NCBI GenBank assembly: GCA_002633005.1
Contig: NMRA01000063.1
Coordinates: 248,001-312,000 of the forward strand
Direction: 5' to 3'
DNA length: 64,000 nt
DNA from: Phoronis australis
Lineage: Eukaryota; Animalia; Phoronida
The notes below the pieces were generated by a model that searched no databases, was not told the DNA's origin, and worked only from the letters and a program-made list of their open reading frames with translations. The translations under genes were made by a program, and so were the position numbers. Shown here in pieces: positions 22,293 through 35,284 of the stretch. Position 1 is the stretch's first letter, and each line of letters opens with the position of its first letter.

Positions 22293-24470
22293 ACTCTCAC
22301 TATATCTCTCAGACGTAGGCTGCAGTATTCCTGATTGCTGACATTTTGTCCCTGCTATCTCAGACAATGGCTGCAGTATTGCTGAATGCTTACATCAATT
22401 CATAGTTGATCACGGTGGCGCAAAAATTTTTTTTTTATTTAAAAAAGGCAATTGAGTAGACACTCAGCATTTCTTACTCGAAATAAAAAAAATTCTGGAA
22501 GCTTGGCATATGATAGGTCATGTTGTTTCATTTTTAAATATTCTATTTGAATATCGAGTCCTGTTCATTGGTTTTTCTTTGTAATACAGCAAATTAGCCA
22601 TGCTAACTGATGCACTATATGGCCATTCTTAGTTACTTGTTTTGCTACCTACCCTGTTGAGGGATTTGTTCAAGCATGACAGCGTTCTCCCGTTCAGTGA
22701 CTTAACCAGATGTTGAGGGTTGTGAGCCTGTGATAAAATCTAGCTCCTTTGTTAACTGCCAAGCACAGTCTTTTGTCTGGTATGACAACAGACAGGCCAA
22801 TTATCTACCAGGCTTATTACAGACCAGGTGTGAACACAGTCAAACCCAGAGAGAATTGGCACATTTGGAAAGAATAAATCGTCGTAACTTCGGTTGCATT
22901 TGGGCGACTTGTTGATTCAAAAAACTAAACATGATCAGCATTTGACAAGGAATTCAGAAATGCTATTGGTTTATGATCAAATATGTTATAACTTAACTTT
23001 TATTTTCAACAGCACAGCCCAGTCAGGCTAGATAGGATGTCATTGGAGATTAGAGCAATTACCGAACAAAAAAGAACTGGCCCTCCAACCATAAATGCCA
23101 GATTGGAGTTAATCAGTCGTGTAAGATATTGGCTACAGGGGTGTTCTTGCCAACTTGTTGTTGGGCTATAGAATCGAAAAAGTTGGGATCAACGGGAAAA
23201 CGCCGTAATGATTGAAGCAAGGAGTGTACATAAAATTGGAGAGTTCACTCCGCTATCTTGCCATTCACTGCAATGGCTATTGCTTGAAAAACTATCACCC
23301 CAAGCGGTGAATAAGCAACACTAATTTAGCGGCGTTGTTCTAACTATGTAAACACTGATAAATTCATACATTAATGACATTCCACGTGCAATAAAATTAC
23401 TGTGTTATTGAAAATGGGTTAAATACGTAAACTAACAACCACTTAAAATCGAATGAAAATGAAAATGTGTGTTTTAATCAATATTAAATTGTTTTGCTTT
23501 CATTCTCTTGAAGCTCCCTTCAAAAGCCATCATGGTTTTGTTTCATGTTTGAGTTCTTAATAAGGGAAATTACTGTTCCTTATAACATTTCATACCTCCA
23601 TGGACTACATAATTTTAGTGATTGCTCCTGGGTGTTCAGGGGGATTGCCCCCAGCTGCCAGCAAAGGGGTACATCATTAGGGAGGAGTGCAAACCAGGTG
23701 GGCACCAAATGGGCACATGTTGACCCTCTCCCAGGGGGGCACATGGGAGGAGTGCTAAACAGATAAAACTACTGGGTATGCCACATGAGTGTTGAGCCCC
23801 TCCCATCGTCACAAATTTGGGTTGTTCCCCTAACCATTGACAACATGTGCTGAGGTGGTGATAAGATTTGGCCCTCGTTGTGTGTGCATGACCCCAAGGA
23901 CTTTTGCTTGTAATGACTGGTGGCCATCATGCCCCAATACCATTCTGGGTGTTTTCCAAATTTTCATTACAAAGTGCTCCCTGGTCACTGCTCGTTGCAG
24001 TGATGGATTAAAGGAGGGGTCTAGGGGCCATGGCCCCCTCTAAAATTTTCCCACATTCCATATGGCAGTTCGGGGGTGTGAATGTCTGACAGGCAAAATC
24101 CTGGATCCACCCCTGGGTTTCATGTCCACGCAACAAGTTTAAATGTGTTCCGTGTTGAATACGCCAGGCTGCTACAAGTGCAGACAATTGCTTTGTGTAG
24201 GAGGTGTAGCACAAGTAAGAAGAAGAACACAGGACAATTCTGGAGTTTTCCTGGTTGAATTAGACGTAAGTGCAATTTATCGCACTGCACAATGCGCCTT
24301 TCCCCATTGTTGTCCCACTTCCTACTTGACCGTTCCTTGATTGAAGTTGCTGATTTTAATATGAGCTCCGTGCATGTGACGCAGTCGAGTTTATGGGACG
24401 TTGTTTGAAGCACATAAATGTTATTAATAGTTTCCTTTAACAATTACCGTTAGTATTTCTGCTTTTTCAG

Positions 24471-24610
24471 CTTTTAAGCATTACCAACAGCAAGATTGCT
24501 GAGACTATCTATGAACTCACTGATGGCCTCATACACACTGCAAATTCTGTTGAGGCACAGCAGGTGGCTCTCAATGCCAAATCAAGTGTCTCCATGTGGG
24601 TTCAAGCTAG
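24471..24610 (+). CDS. MTTP: MTTP-like exon: LLSITNSKIAETIYELTDGLIHTANSVEAQQVALNAKSSVSMWVQA(R)
   Basis: Acceptor TTTTTCAG, donor GTACGT, 140 bp, phase 0/2. Confidence 0.88.
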
Positions 24611-25325
24611 GTACGTAGGTGAATCTTCATATTCAAGGCCAGGTTGCCTAAGGGTCTAGGATTCTGTTAAAATAAAGTTCTTAGTTGGCCAGATACTGAC
24701 AGTTGGCTGAATTATATCAAGTTTTTAGTGTTTTTTCTTGTTTTCAGTTCGTAAGTTTGAGGTGAAGATGTTTGATTAACTGTATCATCAATAATTCAAT
24801 GATTTCAAACCAGTCTATCAAAACAGACATATGGAACATCGAGAAACTACTGATTTTGAAGTTACAGTTGAGTGTCTTCAAATTGGAATAATTTTTGAAA
24901 ACTTCTCTTCGTGCGTAGAATTTTATCATTTGTTTTTAGTGACGGTTACTCAAAACCTACAAACTGTTCTGAGTTAAGATGGGAAGCCACCTTATACTCA
25001 TGTTTCAAAAAAGCATCAATAGCAATTTGTACATACATTGAATTTGTGACATGTCCAATCTCAAAAAAGTAAACCTTTCACGTGACATTTTGTTGAAACA
25101 GGGATAGCCAAGTTTCTTGGAAAAAATAAAAAAAATTCCCTGTGTGATTTTTTTTGTGAAAAATTATGGAAAAACTCATTTCTTAAGTCATATTGTTCTA
25201 AGTTAAAAGCATTTCAGTAAAAGTGTACACTAAAAGACTTAGATTTGTTTAGTATTGATGTGTTGGAATGTACTTGTGTATTGTTGTTGTTAATGCGCTT
25301 CTGTATTGTTGTCGTTATGGTTTAG

Positions 25326-25411
25326 GCAACACTTGAAACTTGTCCAAGTCATTGATGGGAAAAGACTGTCTGGGAGTTCTGCTCAAGAGATTATAAACAA
25401 TCTTAATGACG
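25326..25411 (+). CDS. MTTP: MTTP-like exon: QHLKLVQVIDGKRLSGSSAQEIINNLND
   Basis: Acceptor TTTAG, donor GTGAGG, 86 bp, phase 2/1. Aligns to QKLELK...SGKQAAAII. Confidence 0.85.
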
Positions 25412-25473
25412 GTGAGGCACCCTGGGTTAAACATGGTTCAAAATTGCAAATTTCCATTTTCCAAGGGCTTCTA

Positions 25474-25888
25474 AAGTCCCGTTCACACACTGCCTACCCT
25501 AGAACAACTTGCACTAGCGCAATTTACCCCACTTTTAAGTGGAGCGTGCACGCACGCACACATCAGATAATTGAGGTAAGGCAGAAGTTGTCACTCTGTG
25601 CATGACAATCAACACTTAATGCGAGCATGGTATGCAAAAGTAAACCCATCTGTATTCTAATGCAGCTGATAGTTACTTCTACCTTGCCCCAGGTCTGTGG
25701 CCACACAGGAATTAGAAGTGGCGCAAGTTACCCTAGAACAAGTTACCCCATCTCAATAAAGTGAAGTAAGTTTTCACAGGTGTGGCAAGTTGCACTAGTT
25801 TGAATAGCGTGCACACAGCCTCCAAACCTAGCGACAACTTATTCCAGGAGTAACTTGTTCCTGGGTAAGTCTATGTGTGAATGGTGCT
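25474..25888. mobile_element. PIF/Harbinger-type MITE with internal inverted repeats
   Basis: Ends AGTCCCGTTCACACA / TGTGTGAATGGTGCT in a TAA context. Confidence 0.5.
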
Positions 25889-26369
25889 TAAAGGAGAATG
25901 CCTCCCGATTTAATTAGTCTTTTTTACCATCTTAATATATCTATATCCACATCACCTCGTATACGGTTGATCTTACCTCGCCGAGAGGTGTCGCGTTAAC
26001 CTGTGAGGAAGGTGAGAAGTGACGTCAGTGGTTGTTCTGCAGAGTGCGTGCCGTTTGTGCGAATTATGAAGCTGTGAGGAAAGCGGGTTTATCATTTTCT
26101 CGATTTCCTCGAGAGCCCATAAGGCTGTAAGTGGCTTGCATTTTGTCGGATCTGTTGTTGATGAGTTTTTGATTATGGAGAATTGTAGTTGGCCATGAAA
26201 ACATAAACAATTACAATTAATTCGAGACATGAAAACATAACGTTTTATATAACTTGTTTGATGACTCACTCATTCGTGAGGCTTCTGTTTGGTTCTCTGA
26301 CTATAGGATGTTTTCACCAGTTCTTTTTCTCAGCCCTCAAAAAAACATCCTAAGCACACCACTGTTTAG

Positions 26370-26680
26370 TTGTGGTTGCAAAATCAGGATGGTCCGTGAG
26401 ACATATCTGTGCTTCTCCAAGAAGGCGTTTCACCGGCGGAATTTCGTAGCAGCAAACGCAAGCGTCAGTCGTTTCCATTATCGTGCAGTTAGCTCACTGA
26501 CACCATAACAACTCATTCAAACAGTTTTTGGAACCATTTATCTATATGTTCTGTTGTCTGTGCACGTTCACTGCGCCTCTCTAGTATTTTTTTATCAGTG
26601 TATTCCGGTTCGAATGGATAGCCTGTGAAACCTAACGATCGACCTGTGAAGTCTTCGTTGGATGAGCACTCATTTAAGTT
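26370..26680 (-). pseudogene. KolX (P2X7 C-terminal Cys-rich-like) remnant
   Basis: GYPFEPEYTD..LERR then WCQ*ANCTIMETTDACVCCYEI...CLTDHPDF on the minus strand. Confidence 0.7.
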
Positions 26681-28094
26681 CGGACTGCGAGTTGCCACGT
26701 TGACGTTTATTATTGTGCGAGTGCGTTCTGTTTCAAAATGAATTATTCTCACCCAAACCAATGCTTATATAAAACTGAAACATAGTCTGTCTCATTAGAT
26801 ACAATTTGTAATGCCTTAGAGTGTTCGTAAGTGCAAATGTTTTGAGACATGCCATAAACATCCCCACTAAACGAGATGACGTCAAACCCCACTGATCAGG
26901 GAAAACTGTGTGGTTTGGCAGATTGAACTAGACCGTATTTATCCACCTTGGCTGTGTCGCGCTCAGCTCACGATCAAAGGGATGCCGCCTAGCTGCTCTA
27001 TTCATCGAGTCACGAGCGAGGATAATTGGCTTCGCTGATGCGGATACAATCTAGCCTTGATGACCGTACTTTTTCTGGAGAGCATTTTACACAATTTTGA
27101 GCATAATATTTGAAAATATTAGAGAAAAAATGTTGGTACAACTTTGAATTTTTCAAATCGGCCGAGGATAAGAGATTTTGCAACAAAGCAACACTCACGA
27201 CTACTTTTATTCGGTGCACACGAATACAAAAATATAGGACCCAAGTTAGGACAGTATTAATGTAGACCTACTACAGTCTGTCTGGCTAATGCCGGAGGTT
27301 TCCGGCTGCCTAGCATTGATCTAAGTAGGTCAAACTCAATTCAAAAATTCAAAAACAACGGCCAATCAGAAAATTTAAAAGGGCCTAGTTTGGTTGGGAT
27401 GCTTAGAGACAAGCATAAGATGGTAAGTATTCATAAAAAAACTGTTTGTGATTGGCTAATTGAGTCGCATTCCTTGATTGTTCATCGATTCTTAACAAAT
27501 TTGTCGTATTTAAAAGTCTTCAAATGCCAAAAAGACCAAATCCGTTTTTCGTGTTGGCAATAATGACGGGATTGCTTTGGAAATCGTCTTTAGATAAGGT
27601 TTGGCAAAGAGAGTATTGCGAGTTTCTGAGTGATTCACTAAGGCTTCGATTAAAATTCACATCTTACCAGCAGCTTCTGTTTTTTCATCGTCACTCAGGT
27701 TCCATTTTCTTTAAAAATGAAGTTAATTTTCTTCATTGCACAGTGGAGCAGACGACGGAAACGGAGTCATAGTGCGCAGCGCCACTGCCTGTCGCCTGGG
27801 ATATCGCAGCAGAGCCTATACTTGAGCCATGATAGTTCCGTTACGAATGCGTCGTGTTCCGAATTTGACACTTGAAGTTAGATTTGAGCCCCCCCACACT
27901 AAAACTGCACACATTTAAATCTTTTTTCATCCGTATAATTTTAATTACCGGGGTTAATTAATAAAGTCAACATTTCCCTGCGCTCTTACTGTTTTATTTT
28001 TTTGCGGCAGTCAAGGGGCCGGGCCCCCTGGGCCCCCCCCCTAAATCCGCCTATGTCGCATGCACGTGGAGGGCATAGCCTTATTATATTACAG

Positions 28095-29785
28095 AATTTG
28101 AAGGATTTGAGGATGAAATTAATGAAGATTCGTCCGATAACGATCTCGACTTACCTGGTGGCTCCGAAGCTCAATGGATTGAAGGCGATCGCGAGCCCGC
28201 TGACCTCGGGTTTTCTGCGACTCCCGGTTTGGCCACGGGAATACGCCTGCCCGAAGATCCCCAGCCGCTTGATTTTTTTAAGTTGTTCGTCACCGCTGAT
28301 GATCTTAAAGAAATGGCCTATGAAACCAACAGATATGCGGCTGACGGAACTCTCTAAAAATCAGGATAGGCTGAAGGAGAATTACCGGCTTAGGAAGTGG
28401 CGAGACACGACGTGGCAAGAAATGAAGGTTTTCTTGCTATGACCATCGCGATGGGACTAGTTGTCCAGCTAGATTTGTCTTCATACTGGACAACTGATGA
28501 GGTTTGTGAAACAACTTTCTTTCGAAAGTTTATGTCCCGAGACAGAGTTTGGCTGCTGACGTCCTTTTTTCACCTGTCAGATAATGCCAACCAAATTCGT
28601 CATGGCCTACCTGGATTTAACCCATTATACAAGCTTGGATCATTATACCAGAACATTATTTCTTGCTTTCATTCTGTACATACATCTCATCAGCAGCTCT
28701 CATTAGACGAAGGAATGGTGCCTTGGAGAGGAAATTTATCTTATCGTGTTTATAACTCCGTAAAACCAAAAAAGTATGGAATAACAGCCTACATGATTTG
28801 CGATGCTGTAACTGGACATTGTTCAAAATTCAAACTGTATTCTGGCAAAAGTGAAACACCCCCTTCTGAAGACGGAACAACATATGATCTAGTAATGCAT
28901 TTGATGCAAGAATACTTTGGGAAAGTCTATATTTTATTCATGGACAATTATTATAGTTCAATTAAACTTAATAAAGATCTGTGGGAGTTTGGTTGCGGTG
29001 TGACAGGAACTCTTCGTCAAAATCGACGCGGTGTGCCTCAATTTGTAAAGAATAAGAAACTCAATAAGGGAGATATATTTTGTGTGCATGATAATAACCT
29101 ATTACTTGTAAAATTTCATGATAGAAAAGTGGTTCGTTTATTGACAACTGTAGATAAATGTAGCAAAATAACAACTGGCAAAACAAATCCACTTGACCAA
29201 ACCCCTGTAGAGAAGCTAGCAGTAGTGATAACGTATGATAAATTCATCGGTGGAGTAGATCACTCTGACCAAATGGTCAGCTATGCTACCTTTAATGCTC
29301 GAACCCTTAAATGGTGGAAGAGGGTCATATTTCATGTTTTATCATCTGTACTGAATGCGTATCTGGTGTACAAATACGTAACCTCTGATCGTGTTCCACT
29401 GCTAAATCGTCAGTTCAGGCAAAAGCTAATTAGTGACATAATTGCATCTGTTGATGACGATGTAATACAACCGTCTTCTTCTGTCGGTAGGCGATCCTCT
29501 GGTGAGCCGCTTCTCCGTCTTCATGGTAAACACTTCCCAGAGCGTATCATAGCCACAGGTACTAAGAAAAACATTTCTCGAGCCTGTGTTATATGTCAAC
29601 CTGCTGAACGGAAGCGTTTATCGAGAGTACGGGAGAAGCGAAAAAGGCCGGGTAGAGAATTGTCTTACCAATGCAATAGCTGTAAAAAGGCACTGTGTGT
29701 TGTGCCATGCTTCAGGTTGTATCATAGCTATAAGAATTATGAAAAAGCATATTACGATGAACAACAAAGTGCTGAAGATGCATAA
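28095..29785 (+). pseudogene. piggyBac transposase (PGBD4-like), frameshifted, no TIRs seen
   Basis: FFKLF..ETNRYA, SLDEGM, FMDNYYSS and GGVDHSDQ (DDD triad); C-terminal CVIC..CNSC..LC..PCF..YH. Compensating frameshifts near 28345 and 28430. Confidence 0.9.
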
Positions 29786-31072
29786 CTGCAGTTTGACACA
29801 CCTGAAATACCTGTGGATGTGAAAATTAGGCATTAGTTAATGTCATGCAATATCAAAATTTAGTTTTGGTTAGTATGGATTGTAAATACAATCATTTATA
29901 TAACATTACCATGTGATATGAATCGGTGTTGAACATGCAGTTTTCTGAGCATAACATGCCAGTAACTTACCTCAACTTGCTGTAACGTGGCCTCTTGTTT
30001 GGAATGGGCACTTGATACTGAATTCAGAACACTTCTACCCTTGTTTTGCATGACATGTTGTCTCATATTGTAGTTATATTTGTTTATTTTGCATGAAAAC
30101 ATTGACAAATACTGTTTTTACACCTTTACCTTTGTTTGATTTGTCATCAGGTGCATATGTCATACTTGTTTTGCTAATTGTTATGATAGTGGGGGGCCCT
30201 GCCGAGGCCGTGTGAGTGCATGCTAATTCAGTGTTTGGTGACAGAAATCTGTTGTGAAACAATAATTCGATTTTATATCCTATGGTCAGATGTTAGGAGA
30301 ACCTTTATTCATATATTCATATACAATATTCGAATCTTGGTTATTGTATTTATAACTTTTGCCCTGACGGTTCTGTGGAAGGGTAACCTGACTTCGCGAC
30401 GAGCTAGTAACTAGATTTGCAGTTTCGTGACTAATTCACCAAAGTAATCACGTGCACATTTTTTCTTTGGATCTCAGTTTTTTCATGACTGGAAGTTTAG
30501 TTTCCAACTTTGGCTGGTTTATGTTCGTGATGTCTTCAGTCCGGCCACGATGGGTCTTATCGGGTTTCGAGCCACTGAAGGGTTTTGTGTGTTTAGAACT
30601 GAAAAAAATTGCAAGTCAAAAATTACAACACACAGCTATGTTCTCCTGTCGGTATTTCACAGACAAATAATTTGAATTTACCACCGAAGAGACCCCAAAC
30701 TCCCGCGACCGACCTTGGTAACTTGGCCTACCGAACTTTGTAGGCTACGGTACGTCCAAATACCTAAAAATCCGTAACAGCGAAATAACATGTTTGTTCA
30801 ATAACTTGGTGTATTTGTAATGGTTTTATATCGAATTTTGATGTTTTATTGGTGTAAAATGATGAATTCAAGTGATAAGCTGATACCAGTAAGCGTGTTA
30901 TGAACTGCTGAACAGACTGTATTAAAAAAATTTGACGTCATTGGTTAATTTCAACACCTCCGTCTGCCGTCAGGTAAGAGAGCTGTACTTGCTTTTATCA
31001 AGTGGAACTACTTGATCTCAATTGATACAAACTTTTGAGGTTATTTTTTGGGTGGCATTCTCCTTTAAGATT

Positions 31073-31240
31073 ATTGTGAATTGAATGTCTGACAGTACCT
31101 ATGGTACACATTCTAAGATTATTGTAAACTGAATGTCTGACAGTAGCTATGGTACACATCTTGAACATTGTAAATTGAATGTCTGACAGTAACTGGTACA
31201 CATTTTTTGAATATTGTGAACTGAATGTCTGACAGTAGTT
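31073..31240. repeat. 46-48-bp tandem repeat, about 3.5 copies
   Basis: ATTGT(G/A)AA(T/C)TGAATGTCTGACAGTA.. repeated. Confidence 0.8.
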
Positions 31241-31811
31241 ACATATTTCTACAATACATGTGTAAAGTACCATGTCTCAGACTTCTTATTTATCTTCAAA
31301 GAGCAGAGATATCAGCCATCAAAGTCCATTTTAAAGCATTTTTCCAAATCTTCAATATTAACGCTCAATATATCCATTACTTAAAGGTAAATGAAACACT
31401 GAGATGCACTTCTCTCTGCCGCACATGATAGAATATGTGCGTAAAATTTCTTACTAATTGATGGATGCTTAAAAAAGATCATAAATCAAGAGGTCTGAAA
31501 GTGGCTGATAAAGGTTGGCCACATAATTGATTGAAATTAAGTCCCCAAAATATTGCAGATTTTAGCATTGAAATGTGTAGCAATGACTAATAAAGATTAG
31601 ATTTTTAATAACTTGTGAGTGATGCATTTTTGTAAAAAAATCATGAAAATTATTACTTTTAACAGATTCTCTGATATTTTCTATGATATACTTTATTAGT
31701 TTTTTGTTAAATGCTGTGAATAGTTAAGCTTTAGAAGTGAAGGCTTCTTGGCATGTCAAGTTAATGTGATGTGCTGCTTGTAGAAGGATATTGTATCCTT
31801 TGTTTTCTCAG

Positions 31812-31876
31812 GTAGAACGTACCTTGGCATGTTACCTGTTACTGAAGCTGACAGTCCGAAGACTAAAGGTCAAAAT
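31812..31876 (+). CDS. MTTP: MTTP-like exon: (G)RTYLGMLPVTEADSPKTKGQN
   Basis: Acceptor TTTTCTCAG, donor GTAAGT, 65 bp, phase 1/0, bridging the flanking exons. Confidence 0.82.
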
Positions 31877-32595
31877 GTAAGTCTAAGTTGTTTTTCAGTT
31901 AAAGATCAATAAAAAGTGATTTTTGCTATCCTGAATGAAATATCACTGTACAATTCGTGTTTTAACTTTGCAATTTTGCCATGTACTGTTTCTCATTCTT
32001 AAGCTATGTTCAAATCAACTAAACATGGTTGTAACTCTTTCTATAGTTGTAACTGTTATGCACTTGTTTCTGTTCATTCTGACTGTTAAAACTGTCTAAC
32101 CCTAGTTCGTGTTATCAGTCACTAGTTGTCACTGACATTGCTTCTTCCATTCACCCCAGTTAGTGCCTTGGTGTGTCGTTGTTTCCAGATTTGACAGCAG
32201 TGCCACCTACAGTGTTAAAACTTAAACAACTGCCTTGTCCCACTGTGTTACAATGGGTACAACCTCTCACTGAACCACTCTCGCAGAGGATTATAATTTT
32301 GTTACAGATATAGCTTTTAAAATCAAGTTTAAAATGTTTAGACTGATAGTTACAACATATCAATTTAAAAGTTACAGTTGCTTTGGTGACTGAGAACAGT
32401 ACATTAAGGCAGATGTGCTTATGTTCAAAATAGAACCGAGCATTGTTGACATAGAAACATGATATTAGATTCTTCAAACTTGCTATAATGTCATTGGAAT
32501 CTGTTCAAGTATAACTTCATCATTCAATATTGTAATTATTATTATTTTGCTCTGGATAGCAATTTTTGTGACCTTTCACTCATTTAAGTGAAACT

Positions 32596-34948
32596 CAGTG
32601 GCGGATCTACGTTTTCAGTAAGGAGGGGGTTTAGGATTTCCGCAAAGGTCGAATCCTAGGGGCATGGCGCCGAGCGGGGGGAGGTCGGGAGGGGTGGGGT
32701 TTCCCTCCTCCCGTGTAAGACATTCTTGTGTTTTTGTAGCCAAATATTGAGATTTCCATGCATCCTGGTAAGTTTCTGGCATATAACATGTCTGGAGTTT
32801 TTCTTAAGTTAATTTAAAACCCTTCTCGATTTCGTCACATGAACTTGGCTCAGTTGGCTCATAAGTTTCGTGAAACCATATTTTGCACATTTGGGTATGA
32901 GTCACTCCACCAGCAAAAATTTTTGCTGGAACATCTGCTTACACACACCTTTTTTAGCATACGAAAAGTCATATACGAAAAAGTGTGTTGTGTATACAGG
33001 GGTTTAGACAACTTCCAAATATTCAAGAGCATAAGGAGCACCGACGGGGCGTAAAGACTTGAATATCAGATGATCGCGTAAAAGCAGCCTCAAGTTGTTT
33101 AAAAACGAAGACCTGTACTGTTAGTCCGGAAATAAACATGTGTTCTGTCTCGTTATGAGAAAAACTGGCGAACGATGGTGCTCTCAGCTCATAGTCTATT
33201 ATTAAAAGCGACAATAAATAATTAAGTATTACTTTATTAAGCTGAATCACGTTGACAACAATTGAAAAACGTCAAATGTATCAGGAAACAAAACATCTGA
33301 AAAAAGGTTCACGAAACCAAAACATCCTATGCACAGTGGTGAAAAGATTTGCTCGACCAGTTTGTAGAGGGACCACATGTACACTGAGAGTACACAAAAG
33401 GCTGACCTGGTCCGTCACGAGACCTGTGCTTATTATCCCTATAAAAATAGTTGATCTGTCGCGGGACCAAACAGTACTGGCTGAGATAAATAGTTTTACA
33501 AAGCACACTTTGATAAAAAAAATCACAAGACTAGTTCGCCGAGGGACCAGAAGTACACTGAAACTCAATATCTACACAAATCAAACTGGCCTGGTCCGTC
33601 GCGAGACCTAAAGTGTACTATGCAAAAAATTGAAAACTTCTCTCTAGACACTTTTTAATCCCCAGTGGTTACTCATACGTTAGTCCTATCCTTCTGTTGT
33701 CTAGACTGCCGAGGAATCTGTATATCGGATCCAATGGTTTGCTCGTCTTGGAACCATTCTACCCAGATGTCTTCGACGTTTGTTCCCAACGTTTGCACTT
33801 CGTCAACTGCTGTGTCAATGAGCTTGTAAGCCACTACAATGTCAGCATCTCGTTTCGCAGCTCAGTTGGCACTAGAACCCCTGAGGTTGCCAAGTCCATT
33901 CTAAAGACTTACATGCGCAACTAAATTTGATTCGTTCATCATGGACTACTTCAAACCTTGACGATGTATCCCAGGACCTATTTGCACCTCTTGCAATTTT
34001 CGAAATAAACGTCCCAATGTCTGAACGCTTGAAACCCGAAGTACTAACATCAAATAAATGCCCATGGACATGAGCGTTTCATCAGGTGGTCCTTTCTGCG
34101 GAAATTCCCATTATAGAAGACGGCAGTGTGCTTATTGCAGGTAGAAAGACGGTAGCTGTTGAGGTTGGAACTAGAGCTCCTTAGGAGGCCCACTGAACAT
34201 TGCACAAGTCCCGCAAGACTTTGTTGTGAAAAAACAGCCTCCCTGCAATTTCTGGTACTGTACACTGTTCGCGAATACGGTCACTTTGTCAATGTGAGTG
34301 CCCCCTTGGTCATTCCTTGTGTAGACATAACTTGTTAGAGTGTATGTTCAAACGGACTCGCGACCTGACCACGGCGCCCGCCACAATAGCATTTCTTCGG
34401 AAAAAGAATTTTTCTCAAAAATATTACATGTACATGTACACTGTATGATATTGCGCAAGACTTTACTATACATCAGTCAAATTTGAGTTACAAACGTGTG
34501 GAGTGTAATAGAATGACGCGGCATGACAGATGAGGTAAAAACGTTGCGTCAATTCGCCTGAATATCAGGGTTGCGGCACCACAGTATTTCCCCTAATCAA
34601 ATCAAAACATATCTTAGAGTGAAGAAGCTAGTTACCTTAAGAAATCAGCTATTGAACTGCTCTTTCAGCGGTGGATCCATCTAAAATGCTTGGCTACTTC
34701 AGAACTGTCGACGGAAGGGTGCGCACAACTGATCTCCGCGCGTTTTGGCGATGAGCCACGAAGACTCAACAATTCCCAATGCAAAAAATTATATTTTCAG
34801 AGTGAACCTCTCCCTCAATTTACTTGGGGTTTACACACGCTGGTGGTGCCGTTTTTGTTTTGTTGGAGACGTTTTAGTTTTTTTTATTTTTGGGTCCTGG
34901 CCCAAGGGGGGGCTTAAACCCCCTGAACCCCCCGTAGATCCGCCACTG
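32596..34948. mobile_element. hAT-like deletion derivative with CAGTGGCGGATCTACG TIRs and 5-bp TSD AAACT
   Basis: 16-bp perfect TIRs; AAACT at 32591-32595 and 34949-34953; internal transposase remnant. Confidence 0.8.
33676..33894 (-). pseudogene. hAT transposase fragment (THAP12/PRKRIR-ZMYM1-like C-terminal region)
   Basis: KRDADIVVAYKLIDTAVDEVQTLGTNVEDIWVEWFQDEQTIGSDIQIPRQSRQQKDRTNV resembles the DI..A...I..WF......PR...RQ..R.N signature. Confidence 0.6.
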
Positions 34949-35014
34949 AAACTAAGTTATCATATTTTTTAAAACGTTACATTGTTATGTGCATTATAGC
35001 AATTGATTTTGCAG

Positions 35015-35175
35015 CTTAAAGATCTGGTTGCCAATAACATGAAAAATTTGAATGCCGACCAAGTTTCTTCACCTGCAGCTTCGGCAACATTCCTGAAGAT
35101 GCTTCCATACTTCAGAACAGCTGACAAAAATACTTTGCTTCAAATTCTTAAGAGTGATGACAATATTGACATCCT
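35015..35175 (+). CDS. MTTP: MTTP-like exon: LKDLVANNMKNLNADQVSSPAASATFLKMLPYFRTADKNTLLQILKSDDNIDI(L)
   Basis: Acceptor TTTTGCAG, donor GTAAGT, phase 0/2. Matches [21 protein letters not shown]. Confidence 0.92.
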
Positions 35176-35284
35176 GTAAGTAAATTGTTGTGTATTCAAT
35201 TGAAATATTTAAAAATCATTTTCATTGGCTTTGTATTACATGCAGTTTTGATTTCCGTGTCGTTACGCACTCACGCAGTGGAAT

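Larger units (their letters stand above)
25892..31064. mobile_element. Non-autonomous Kolobok-type DNA transposon (copy 2) with a KolX remnant and nested cargo
   Basis: TTAA|AGGAGAATGCCTCCC ... GGGTGGCATTCTCCT|TTAA, a perfect TTAA TSD. Confidence 0.85.

Noticed and set aside
23997-24115. Small CAGTG..CCCCTG MITE-like segment
   Set aside because: TIRs and TSD are too degenerate to define with confidence.
27940-27965. GGGTTAA as a piggyBac terminus
   Set aside because: The same sequence occurs inside the MITE at ~47780, and its orientation and position do not fit the transposase.
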